Positions 23,822-35,885 of a stretch of DNA of 64,000 nt are shown in pieces (position 1 is the first letter of the stretch; each line of letters opens with the position of its first letter). The translations under genes and the position numbers were made by a program. This stretch comes from Trichosphaerium sp. ATCC 40318 (lineage: Eukaryota; Protista; Tubulinea): contig JALMLS010000320.1 in assembly GCA_038496445.1 (NCBI GenBank), forward strand, positions 124,001-188,000, given 5' to 3'. The notes beneath the pieces are model-generated. The model did not search any database and was not told the DNA's origin. It saw nothing but the letters and a program-made list of their open reading frames with translations.

Positions 23822-24255
23822 TTACTGACAATATTATCAAACAATTTGCTGGCGTCCATACTATTGACCTCACTTGCACTTCTGTAACTGATGAAGGCAT
23901 TAAAGCACTTGCTGGAGTTCATACTATTAACCTTAGTAACATTTTAGTAACTGATGAAGGTGCTAAAGCACTTGCTGGAGTCCATACTATTGATCTTAGT
24001 TACACTTTAGTAACTGATGAAGGCATTAAATCACTTGCTGGCGTGCATACTATTGACCTTACTGACACTGAAGTAACTGATGAAGGCATTAAAGCACTTG
24101 CTGGAGTTCATACTATTAACCTTAATAGCACTGAGGTATCTGATGAAGGCATTAAAGCACTTGCTGGCGTGCACACTATTTACCTTAGTTATGACAGTCT
24201 AGTAACCAATGAAGGTGTCAAAGCACTTGTTGTGGCAAAAATATTCGGTAGATAG
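23821..24255 (+). pseudogene. Headless LRR cassette (about 6 repeats, no F-box) between two TIR elements
   Basis: VTDNIIKQFAGVHTIDLTCTSVTDEGIKALAG... begins exactly at the right TIR of the family-2 element. It is intact to a stop codon and uses 63-nt near-identical repeats. Confidence 0.75.
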
Positions 24256-24284
24256 GATGGAACTATAATGTGTTCAATTTCATG

Positions 24285-25213
24285 CAGGGCTGAAACTAAA
24301 TAAGGCTTTTTTTGCAAAAGCCATTTTTTTGCCACCAAATACAGCCTTATTTTTCACCAAATTGCCTTGTTTTTGCCAAAAAAAATGGGCAAATATGAGG
24401 CATTGCCTTGTAATTTTGGGCTTTGGAGCCTCATATTTGGGCCAAATAGCAAGCAACTGGTTCACTAATTAGCCTTAAAATAGCCTGCATTGTTGGTCCA
24501 ATAATGCCTCATTTTTTGTGCAACAATAAGGCATTTTTGCCCTCAATTTTTGGGCATAACCCAGGCACCATATACTCATAAAACAAGGATTTATATAGGC
24601 ATACAATAATGATTCATTTATTAAAGTACAGTACACAAAACACAAAAAACTTCAATGTCCTCCATGTGAAAAAAAACCTTTAGTTAAAAAAAAAAATTAA
24701 CAAATTATTGGTATAATTTTCGCGGACTGGAAAAATGGTTTAAAGTATCTATACTCCTGTTGTAGGTGGATTTGGGTGCTGCGGTTCGAATGACGGCGGT
24801 TTCGTTAGAATCCATAAAATACTAAGAGCGTGGTGACAACGTCTATATAAAACGTCAGTAGTAAATGAAAAAAAATGTTTAGGAAGTGTTGGTGTGGTGG
24901 AAACTTACCTTAAACCAATGTATCCTTAATGTACAATGTGTACACAACCAATGCCTAATTGGTGCCTGTAAATTTAAGGCTGGCAATGCATAAAAAAACT
25001 AGGGCAGGCATTGCCTAAAAAAAACAAGGCATTGCAACAATTAAGGCATTGCCCAACAAAGCCTTATTTCAATGCCTGATTTTTGCCTTTTCTGCCATTG
25101 CCTTTGCAAAATCAGGCATTGCCATTTTTGCATGCCTGATTTTTGCCATCAATGCCTGATTTTAAAAAAATGCCTTCATATTTAAGGCAAAGCCTTGTTT
25201 AGTTTCAGCCCTG
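24285..25213. mobile_element. Non-autonomous TIR element, family 1 copy B
   Basis: Same TIRs and body as 20819-21748, flanked by TG on both sides. Confidence 0.92.
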
Positions 25214-25623
25214 TGTATTCAATAAGGATATCCTGTAACAATACAAACACTTGTAGTAAACGAGTTGCATATTTCATGAATTAATCTGTTTCATTCGCTG
25301 TAATTCTGCAAGTGAACTTGTTTCTAATTTTGCTTAAAGTTGCACTCATATATGAAGTATATTATTCGGCTTGGCTGTTTTGAGGTGTAATTATATTATT
25401 GTGGGTCGTGTAACCTACCACTAGAACAGGTGAAATTGGGTTTTTTTTTTTGTAGTATTTGCCTAAATGGCAATCAGATTTTAATCTAAAGCTGCTAGTT
25501 GTGTGCCGGTGAGAGCTACTTCAAGAGTTATTCTTCATTTTTCTGTTTGGTCTTGAGTAGTCTTACAACAGTCTTTGGCTTTCTTATTCTTATCGAAAAT
25601 CGAGCTGTAACACCCATAACAAC

Positions 25624-27300
25624 ATGTCAAAAGCTGTGGTTTGCTTTATCTGTGGTAAAACGGTTCGTAAATTGTAGTAGACCATCGATAAAGCAGGTGT
25701 TGTGATAATCACGTGATTTATTTTGTTTTTTTTAGGCCTACCCATTAGAACAGTTTAAAACTGATGGCCACATATTCCACAAGTGGTGTTTCAAGTGTTG
25801 TCAATGCGGTATGCGATTGTCGATTAATAACTATGCTGGGTTAAAGGTGAGTTTTTTTCCCTTCTCCTTTTTTGTTTCCGAGCTAGTGTCGCTTGTGCGA
25901 TACATCTACGCCATGAAATTTATCTCCGTGGCCCACCTACTCCTTAAAGTCTTGCAATTCGCAAGATTTGCGGTGCCTGGAGGGTCTGATAGTCAACACG
26001 AACGCTGAAAAGGGTTGTTTCTTAACATTTTTTTAATGTTTTTTCCTCAACGGTTTTTTTTTTTCTAATTAGGCGTGATTCGCTTTCTTCTGTATTAATA
26101 TTATGTGTAGGATAAGTACTACTGTAAACCTCATTTTAAAGTGCGTATTTTTTTAATACAGGGCAAGTAATATTTATAGAACAAATCGGTATCCAGCAAA
26201 TGTTTAAAACAAAAGGAAACTATGATGAGAGTTTTGGTGAAGAAAAACTTACCAAGAAATGGAGCGCTTCAGCTGTACGTTTTGATGGATTTCAAGGTGT
26301 ACATAAAGTAGGTAAGTATTTATAAATAACATAGTATCACGTGATTTCAAAAAGGTTTTTATGAAGCGAGTTTATAGCCTTTATTTCATCGCCTTTTTTT
26401 AATTGATTTTTTGAAGAAAGTCCAAAGAAGACAGCACCTGTAAAGAAAGTACCTGCTTCCAAGAAGCCAGCGAGTTGGTTGAGTGCGTTCACTAGCTTTG
26501 TTTAAACAAAATCAACTTACTAGCGCTACATAGAACCTGACGCGCAAAAAGATGCTGCTGAGAAGAAAAAACAAGCTGCACGTGATAAAAAACGTGCTGA
26601 AGAGGAGTAAGTCGAAAAACGCAACAACCTGACCTAATTTTTTGTTTTGTAGACGCCTTGAGAAGGAGAAGCGGTACTTTGTCGAATAGCCATTTGATTT
26701 AATTAATGATGTACCTGTAGTATCGCTGAAGAGCGGAAGGCTGCTACAGCAAGAAGGAACGCAGCTAAACAGCGCGGAACATCAAACTTGACAACTTCTT
26801 CGAGCAACAATCAAAAAGAAGTAGCAGCTGCAAGAGACGCTGAAAGAAAGGCTAAAGAAGAAACTGCGAAAGCTAAAGAGGAATTGAAGAAGGCTAAACA
26901 AGAGATAGCGAATGCAAAAGCTGAAACTAAAAAGGCAAATGAAGAGAAAGCGAAAGCCATTGAAGAAAAGAAAAAAGCAGAAAAAGAAAAAGAAGAAGCA
27001 ATTGCTGAGCTTAAAGAAGCCAAAGAATCCGCAAAGAAACAACAAGAAGAGGCTAAAAAACCAGAGAAAGTAGAAGAAACTAAGAAGACTGAAAGTCCAC
27101 AAGGTGGAAAGAAGAGAACACCAGAAGAAGAAGCTGCTTACAGAAAAGCTTATGAAGATGCTAAAAAGCGTGCTCTCGCGTACTCTGCAAAGATGGAGGA
27201 GAAGCTTCAAGCTCAGAGGAGAGCAGAGATTGATGCTCTTAAGAGATCATCTTTACAGTTCAAGTTGGCTACTATTGAATCAGGTGAAAGCGACCTTTAA
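25624..27300 (+). CDS. LIM-domain protein with C-terminal Lys/Glu/Ala-rich coiled coil, multi-exon
   Basis: CFICGKT|AYPLEQ...FHKWCFKCCQCGMRLSINNYAGLK|DKYYCKPHFK|QMFKTKGNYDESFG. Confidence 0.9.
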
Positions 27301-27708
27301 GTAGAAAAAGGGAAGGGTAACTTCTTTTCTTTATTTATAGAACGAACTTGTCGTTGTAAAAGGCGAGGCCTAGTAAACTAGTTATAATATGATTTTGTTA
27401 AATGAAAAACTGTAGCTTGTACATCGGTGTGATAGTATGGTTTCTCCAATCGTATTTGTAGTATCGAGCATTATTCTTACTTCAAAAAATTTAAGAAAAG
27501 CATGACTTAAAGAAGTATGTTAAGTCCTTTGTGTATAACCCTTGTGACCTCGTGCAAAACAAAATAATGTAGCAAAAGTATTTAACAGTACTGGAAAGAA
27601 GAAACAAGGACTTATGTGTTATACAAGGTTATTTTTATTTACAACAGTTCGGAACTTTTTTTTTCTTTTTCTTATGTACAATAATAGCTTTACTCAAACT
27701 TTGCAAGT

Positions 27709-28227
27709 TTAAACACCCACTTTTGACATGAGGAAACTCTTTGCTTTTTTTTGTGTGGCAAGAGCGCCTCTTCTCATATTAGCGAAACTCTTTTTCTTGA
27801 CGAGAGCTGCGCGAGGTTGAGCATTATTTGTGATTCTTTTTGATATTCTTAATAGTTGTGATGGTCTCATTCTTGTCAACCACTTTTTTCTATCGACTCT
27901 TCTTCCAGATGATGAACTCTTTGTGAGATGAAGTAAAGCGTTTGTGACCAATTCTTTGTTATATCCTCTAGGGAATACAATGACATAGCTGCAAAATTTA
28001 GGGAGATCGCTCGGGAGATCATTCTCGCGTAGATATCCGTTGCAGGTCACAACGACTCTGTTACTTGGTTGAGGAAAGTGGAACCCAGGAGAAGTTGTCT
28101 TTGTAATAAGTTCGTCGAGAGCTTTTCCTATTGGGATGGTCGTTGTTCTTTTTATCTTGAAGGCTATGCTGTGGTATCCAGGTCCTTGGGTTGCTTTGTT
28201 TGCGAAGAAAACGTCAATGCAAGACAT
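27709..28227 (-). CDS. Intronless protein with a SUMO-like N-terminal domain and basic C-terminal tail
   Basis: SIAFKIKRTT...NGYLRENDLPSDL resembles SUMO EIFFKIKKTT...DGIRIQADQTPEDL. No diglycine is present. Confidence 0.5.
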   Translation of the reverse strand: MSCIDVFFANKATQGPGYHSIAFKIKRTTTIPIGKALDELITKTTSPGFHFPQPSNRVVVTCNGYLRENDLPSDLPKFCSYVIVFPRGYNKELVTNALLHLTKSSSSGRRVDRKKWLTRMRPSQLLRISKRITNNAQPRAALVKKKSFANMRRGALATQKKAKSFLMSKVGV

Positions 28228-28710
28228 GTTGTTGATGTGTTGGTGTCGTTATTTATATGATGAACTTCCCTAAACTCCACGGCGGAACCTAATAAAACTA
28301 CGCACACTATCAAATTATGACGTCAACAAGAACACCTATACAAGTTTAATATCATGTATTTGTTGTTAAAGCTTGTCTATTGTAGGACTTAAGAATAAAT
28401 AAATCTGCACAGTTTTTTCTTGTCCGGCTAAATATCAAACTATCTATTGTTAATGGTAGCACTCATATCCACCGTGATATCTTCTAGGGTTTATTTCGAA
28501 ATAACTTCGGGATGCGTTCCCGCGACCGATTCCTATCCAGGAGCATTATAAACATCACTACAAAACAGTAGCGCTAGGCAAATATTTTTTATTTTAAACT
28601 TGTGTGAGCCGGAATTACAATGTTACATTTATCACGTGATAAAAACGTTTTAATTAATTAACCCTTTAAAAAACTCTACTGCATCTCTTTATCAGCACAG
28701 AATCATCCTT

Positions 28711-30600
28711 TCAAAGCTTGCTTTGAGGATAAATTCTCGTTCTTAGCCAAGACAAAATAACTTCATTTACTTCACTAGGTTTCTCCGCCAAAACCTAAAA
28801 ACAGGTTGGCCGGAGAAACTGTTTAGCGGTTTTTGTTCACAACACGCACCCAATGTCCCGCATCCTCAACATGTCCACGTGTTAAATTCTTTACATTCTT
28901 TTCCATACCGAAACTCATCTCACGTGTAAGAACAGGGTCATTACCTACAAAGAAAAAAAGGAAAGTTACAAACATGTGCACAAATGAAAAAACTTTCTGA
29001 TTCCACATGTGAAAGTGTCACTTGCGAACACTTTCTCCGGGTTATTATCATAACTTATTTGTTGGGACGTACCACATGTTATCATCAATGCTTGTGTAGT
29101 AATTTCTCTAGGATATCCTTCTTCCGCAAGCCAGTTCAGTTTAGTTGTTCGATACCTTTAAAGAAAAGAAAAAAAAATTATTCCAAAGTATGTAAAGCAT
29201 AAAAGTTTCTTGTTTGCCTACCAATTTAGTCCGCCTCTAACGCCGCTTCTACGAACGTGTTATTATAATGACATAGACTCACAAATTTTGCCTCCTGTCG
29301 TACGTGCCTTTTGAATTGGGATACATAGTAGTCACCCTCTCGTTCTGTAAGTAAGTCTGTCCTTTTAACATTTTTAACTGCACGCATTAATCCGTCCTTC
29401 ATCCATACCCTACATAGTTTTTATTATAATTATTTGCTAAAAAAGATCGTTATGTTAATTTTACCCCTTGTTAATAGAGTTATCCTTCCATCGTCGATGA
29501 ATGAGGAAGATGAGCTTTTCAACGTCTTGACTCAATTCCTCAACGGCTTCTTGTGTATTGAAATACACTTGGTATTTAAACGCAGGAAGATGCTTTGCAA
29601 TAGTCTGTATGTCCATACAAACCTTTGTTCTAGGTGTGTACGGTGTACATATACCGCCAACTCCCAATAAGCGTTCCGGATGGAATATTGCAAAGCGCCA
29701 TGATAACGCGCCTTTAAAACAAATTAAAAACAATTAAAAAAAAATTAGTTAAAGTGTTTGTTCGTTCTTCGTTTCTGTCCACGTACCACCCCAATCGTGT
29801 CCAATTACAGTAAATTTATCAACACCTACAATTAGAAGTTAATTAGGTGAATCATCAAATTGTATTCTTAAAGGCAAGGCTATTCTGACTTTTATTCTTG
29901 AACAAGTCGAAACCAAAACAAATCTATTCGTTTTAAAATCATTTTTTAAAGTCACGTTTTTAGCACGTGTCAAAAAACCCATAGAAGAATTTTTTTTCTT
30001 TTGTTTTGTTTTGGTAAACAACCAGCTTTGCGGGAATTCTTCTTCGTGTTGCGTTGCTTTGTACGTACCAAGGGAATCCAATAACTCAACCATTGCGCTA
30101 GACACCGTTTTGAAAGTGAAGTTGTGTAGTTTTGCGACATCCGCTTCAGATTGCCCAAACCCGGGTAAATCAGGCGCAATAACCCTGTACCCAGCGTTGG
30201 CGAGTGGTTTTATTTGCTAAACGGGAGTTTAGTGAACTTTGTACATGACACGCAATAAATCGTTTAAATGGCGCATAAATAACGTCTTGCGCGTGTAATA
30301 GCAATTAATAACGGTTTAAACGGCAATGAGCGGCGTTTCGTTAAAAACGGCTCTAAAAAGGTCATATAACGATACAAATGTCGTACCTTACGCCATCCAT
30401 ACCTATTTCAAACAATTATTAGCCATTTTGAATAGATATGAGGTTCAAACGAACCATAAATCAGGCCATCCATGTAGCAATAGAATGACGCGATCAGTAC
30501 CATGTCCTTCGTCTACATAATGGAATCTTATGTCAAACTTTCTACATTGATAGTATTTATGCTTGTAAGCCAAAGGATCCAAATCACCACTACTTGTCAT
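28711..30600 (-). CDS. Soluble epoxide hydrolase-like alpha/beta hydrolase with PTS1
   Basis: LLLHGWPD, RVIAPDLPGFG, VIGHDWGG and EDAGHW. The C-terminus ends -QSKL*. Confidence 0.92.
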
Positions 30601-31104
30601 TGGTAAAACGAAGAATACCGCCCAAATAAGAAAAAACCGTTTAAGTATGGCCAAGAGAATAATCCTAATCCCTTCAGGAACAGGGACGTAAACGCAAAGG
30701 ATACTGATGATGAGAATAAGCTATATTACGCGTTACAAGGACTCTGTTCTTCGAGAAAACTGTCGCTTTCTTAGTCTTGCGCACGTGGCGTTTGTACAAG
30801 AGAGGTATTGGTGTTTGTGTAGCTGGTAAGGGCTGTGGGATGGTTCTTCATCGTAGGTGTATTGGATGCCGTATTTTGAAGCAATCTTTTGGAAGCAAGA
30901 ATAGTTGTTTGTCACTTTCAGAGGTCGTCCACGCTGCGGCCACGGTTTGTTATCCTTTCGCTGTATAATACTTGGTCGTATTTCTTACCATTTGGCGCAC
31001 AACCACTTGTGGTGAGTACCACATACGGACACCAACAGCAATACGACGTACCCACATTCCCGTGACGGCTAAAGAAAAGAGTGTGCTAATAAAATCAAAG
31101 TGTT

Positions 31105-33175
31105 TTATTGTAGAGATGAAGCTATAAATTGAGGCTCTGTAACAAACTTGTGTAGACTTGCATACTCAACATCAAGAGAGTTTGGTGTACTAGTTTCAGT
31201 CCACTTAAAATTTTGGACGTATGAAGGGATGGCTTTATACAACACAGTTAATGCTATGCGTTCACCAGGACATCTTCTCACTCCTTGACTAAAATAATAA
31301 TCAGCTTACACTTGTGCTTTGCGTCACTTGTTTTCTTGGGTGGCCGTACCCAAAAGGATTTATTGTAAGAGGAGGGTCATTCCATCTGTTAGGGTCAAAA
31401 TTATCTGGGTAGTCCCATGCTTCATTGTGGCATTCATTGCAATGCATAAGATGGATCATTGTCTGTAAAAAAAACAAAGTTAAACAATGGAAGTATCAAC
31501 TATTTTTGGTGATTGCAGTCACGTTTTTAAACTGACTTACGCCTTTAGGGATTGTATACCCTCCAATTGTTGTTGTTTCACGTGCTTTTCTTGGTACAAG
31601 AAGAGGTATTACTGGAACAATTCTAAATACTTCAAGGATAAAATTCTTCAAATACGAAATGCCTTGTAGCTCCTAACAAAATAAGAAAACAGTTTCCTTG
31701 TCAAGACACACAAATAGAATACAAACTCATTTTCACACAGTGAAATAAAATGGTGTCTGCTAAATTTAATGACAGAATGACTTGATTAAGACAAACGTTT
31801 CAATGTGATTGTAATTTTCCGGAACAAAATGTTATCGCTTTTTGTACCTTCAATGGCATGTTTAGTACGTCATAATCTTTAACAGCATTACGAAGCTCAT
31901 TTTGAATATCAGGACGCTTTGCAAGAATGATCATGCTCCTACAGTTTGGTGTTTAGTACTCATATCATGTTCCGATTAGCATACGTTTTTAATGTGATCG
32001 CACTTGAATCGAATCCAGCCGCTATCATTTCTTGTAAGTGCATTTTCAATTCACCATCAGATATATTTGGCTTTTCATTTAGAACTGTATCAATCCAGTG
32101 CTTCGGTGGCAAATCAGGATTATACTCTTTTCGAGCATCTTTGATTTTGTTATAGAATACATCATCTCCTTTTTTAATAAGTTTTTTGAGTTGGTTCATC
32201 TAATATTAGGTGGTTAGTAGAGTACTTATTAAGTGCGTTATATTCTTGATACGTACTCGCTTCTTCTCAAAAATAGCGCAAATGGGGAAAAGATCTTGTA
32301 GAAAAGGAGCAAACACGAAATCTATTGTTATCTCAACCAAGTCGAAAATCTCTTTTAGGTAATTACTCCCTTTATCATTCTTGTGACTTCTGTCATTAAA
32401 TAAAACCATTGATATAACATTAAATGTCAACGCTGAACTTATATGCTTCCCTGATATAACTTCTTTGGCATCTGAGCGTTCCTTTATGTTCTCCAAAATT
32501 GCTCTAACTTCACTCTCGATAATTGGATTTATTTTCTTTTTTCCAAAAAAAGAGCTAATTAGTAACAAGAGTATCTTACTGTTAACGCACCTTCATACCC
32601 TGTCCTGATGTCAGGTGGTTCTTGAAAAGAAGCCGATAGGATTTATGATTATCATTAAAGTTCGAAAAAGTACATGCTACACAGCACGTGTTATTTTAAG
32701 TGCGTATGAAAATAATCTGTGGGAAAAGCAGTAAACTGGTACCTCCAAGTGGCGCTGATTCCGATATTAGCTTCAAACCAACTAATTCATTTCTTGGTCT
32801 ATCTGATAAGGAGTTCTTGTGCTTTATACACGCCTCAGCGATAAGTTTCGGATCAGAAATAAAGACCATCTATAAAATTGTTACATTAGCCTCAAACGGG
32901 ATATCATACCAATTGCGACGCGAATTGCATGCTGAATATGCCACCTAATGATTTAGAGTACTTCATTGCCGTCCTGTGTTCATGTGAACAAGTCACAAAC
33001 GCTACTTTCGTTCGTACTTTGCCATTTTCTTCTCATCAGTCCACAGATGAAGATGACCAATAACTGGTAAAGCGAAAGGGCTTGGTGGTAAATTGTTGTA
33101 TCTTTTTAGCCCATTGCTAGCTACAATTAATAGCGAAATAGCTAGAAGCGTTGTAACGATGATCAGAAGAAGCAT
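31105..33175 (-). CDS. Cytochrome P450, multi-exon
   Basis: N-terminal TM segment plus PPSPFALPVIGHL, I-helix AAGFDSS, K-helix EVFR, and heme motif PFG|QGVRRCPG. Confidence 0.95.
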
Positions 33176-33995
33176 TTGTAATTATGAAACGGTAAAAAGA
33201 ATACACGTGAACGAAATCTCAGCCATTTTCGAAAATAAAAATGTTGCTTGCTGAAATGTCTTGAGTAGCGCTGTACCTTCAAGAGGTAAATAGTATTTAA
33301 AATCGAGGAAGATGCTCTAGAATTTATGGCGGTGCTATACGTAGTTGGTGCGTATTCAGCCTTTATTCTTAGAACTTTGCTAGTTAAAATAATCTTCTTG
33401 TTAAAAATATTTCATGTGCTTTTCTGCAATACCTCTTCTGTAATTACTTCATCTCTTTCTTCAAAAACATAGAGGTGTAGATTTTTGACACATGAAAGAG
33501 GGAAGCCAATGTCTATAACCGATATGTCAATGGTATGAGCCTGCAAGACTTTTCATGCACTACCCATTGATACTCGTAACAGACGGATAGTGCACCGGAA
33601 AAAAGAGAAATATTATCATCAACTACCTATCAAGACATGAACCACGCCAACAACAAGAAAGATAAATTCAACATACACTCTGTTGGGAGTAATATATCAA
33701 AGCCTAGCGCGAATACCGGAGCCGATGATGCTACTATCATGCCTTTGTCATTGAACATTTCCTCACTAAGGTCAAGTGCTTTTTTCGATATCAAGTTTTT
33801 ATTCAAATACAATGCTTGACCGCTATTCCTCACAATTAGTTGTACTCTCCCTTAGCACCTTGCATGACAAAATAAGTTGTGTTGGTATCTTAACTTGTTA
33901 AATCACAGGGAGAGTTGGGCAAAGCAAGTATTGTTCTCCAAAACTGTAGTCTGTAGTGAACTATTTTATTTCTTTCATAACAATGCAAATAAATA

Positions 33996-34736
33996 TCATT
34001 TCATACCTAGCAGTGTACTAACTAAATAGTCTACCCATGGTTCATAATAATCCACGTGTGTATACGGTAGCATTAAAATTTCTAGCATTTCATTAATAGC
34101 TTCTATGGTACTATCTTCATCATCGTCATCCGACTGTATGCTTTTGTTGTTACATGTTCGAGTATCTATGGACCAGCTCCCTGATTTTGTTCCAACAGAA
34201 CCCATTTGATAGTCTAAGTACACGTGGCCTTTAGGTGTTTGTAATGATACAGAAGAAAAGGAAAATCCTGCACTTAGCTCCGCAATACCATCACCATAGT
34301 GATTAGAAACAAGATCCTCTGATACGTAAGGCCGTTCAACGTTGAGCGTGTCAATGTACGAATCTACAATAGGACCCACTTCTGCTGGTACGTGAGGTGA
34401 CGTTTTAAGAACTTCTTTAACCCTCGCTATGCGTATTTTGCTAAGGCTTATCTGTTTTAGGTTATGCCATACTCTTTGTTGTGTTATTTTATCATCTTGT
34501 AGTACGCCAAGGGAGATTCCATCCATGCTGAAAGAACAAATATGTTTTTCAAGTTCCTTAGTGTAAATATCTGCAAGGCGTATACTCATGAGACTACTAA
34601 TGTCAGGGGATAATTTTAGTTGTGCTGCCTTTGGTATATCTTTATCAAGTAGTTTTTCAGATGCCAGTGTTGTTAATTTAGGTATCCTTCGTTTTTTAGC
34701 TGGCGGGGCACCCTCTTGTCCTTGTGAGCGTTTCAT
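33996..34736 (-). CDS. Intronless protein with an NLS and a BC-box/cullin-box-like N-terminus
   Basis: PPAKKRR followed by IPKLTTLASEKL...LSPDISSLM, a PxLxxLA/Cxxxh...LPxxh pattern. Confidence 0.5.
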   Translation of the reverse strand: MKRSQGQEGAPPAKKRRIPKLTTLASEKLLDKDIPKAAQLKLSPDISSLMSIRLADIYTKELEKHICSFSMDGISLGVLQDDKITQQRVWHNLKQISLSKIRIARVKEVLKTSPHVPAEVGPIVDSYIDTLNVERPYVSEDLVSNHYGDGIAELSAGFSFSSVSLQTPKGHVYLDYQMGSVGTKSGSWSIDTRTCNNKSIQSDDDDEDSTIEAINEMLEILMLPYTHVDYYEPWVDYLVSTLLGMK

Positions 34737-35402
34737 TGTTGTTACGTATATTCAACGTAGAAGTTAACTGTCGTTTTGACTAAAGCTTGAAGAAAATGAG
34801 GCTTATTACTTCCAAGAATGAATCACGTGTTTCATGAATCCAAGTTGTGTTACACAAACATATCTGTTAACGTAGGATTTAACATGCGAGTGATGAGGTT
34901 CATTTAGTCAAACATTAAAAGTGTATTCTCATTCGACGTACAATAGACCTTTGGCCAATGTGTGCAGTGCTGTTGGAAAGAGAAACGAAATTATCTTTGG
35001 CTGTGTTTCCTACTGGCAACTCAGCATGGATTGTCACATTTTCATCCTCAAACACCAGCTTAACAGCAGTTGAAGTGAGCCGCTCAACTTTGGGAGGAAA
35101 TACAGTGCTATACAACTCCTGTTACTAATTCTATCAAGAAGTTGTAGCAATAATAAAGAACGTAAAACAATGGAACGTGTGTGGCAATAAGAGTTGGCAA
35201 AAATGCAAAGCATTGCACTTGCCGAAAACAATTACACAGGATGGTGAGGAGAGTGTAATGATGGACCACAAACCAAATCCCTCAATAGTTTTTTATTTGG
35301 AATTTTACGATACTATCGTTCACATAATTGAATACCTTGTAAAACGAAATAGCAGGAAAACAAAATCCCAATTATCCACACCAAAAACAACACAAGACTA
35401 CA

Positions 35403-35645
35403 ATGCAAATATTTGTTAAGATTCTAACAGGCGCTACTCTGACAGGTAAAACAATCACTCTAGAAGTTGATCCATCAGATACGATTGAGGATATCAAGCA
35501 GATTATCCTAAACAAAGAAGGTTTCCCTCCAGATCGGCAACGCATTATTTTCGCAGGAAGAGAACTTTACGACGGCCGAACCCTAAGCAACTACAATCTA
35601 CAGAATAAAACGACACTCCACCTTTTACTCGCCTCTGGTGGCTAA
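35403..35645 (+). CDS. Divergent ubiquitin variant (monomer)
   Basis: MQIFVK...[15 protein letters not shown]...[15 protein letters not shown]...DGRTLSNYN...TLHL, ending in GG. Confidence 0.9.
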   Translation: MQIFVKILTGATLTGKTITLEVDPSDTIEDIKQIILNKEGFPPDRQRIIFAGRELYDGRTLSNYNLQNKTTLHLLLASGG

Positions 35646-35885
35646 GAATTGTTCTTCTAGTACAAGACACATAAATAAATTGCTCATACATAAACATGCT
35701 TTGGTTGTTATAAACAATACATGTAACCTGTTTAACTCACAATGAGCTAGCCTGAAACTAATTTAGTTTTCTACGGTGCGACAGGGAAAGTTAGAAAGAA
35801 TCTGGTTGGAACGTTATGCAGTACACTGTAAAGTCTGGTTTATTATTTTGTGTCACAGGTTTTGAAGCACAATGTCATCCACGTA

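Noticed and set aside
3111-24255. A complete DGR or an integrated giant-virus genome
   Set aside because: There is no reverse transcriptase, template repeat, capsid, packaging ATPase or viral polymerase in the window, and the intronless genes alternate with spliced host genes.
20819-25213. Composite transposon formed by the two family-1 copies
   Set aside because: Each copy has its own 2-bp duplication and copy A lies within an AKR intron, so they are independent insertions.
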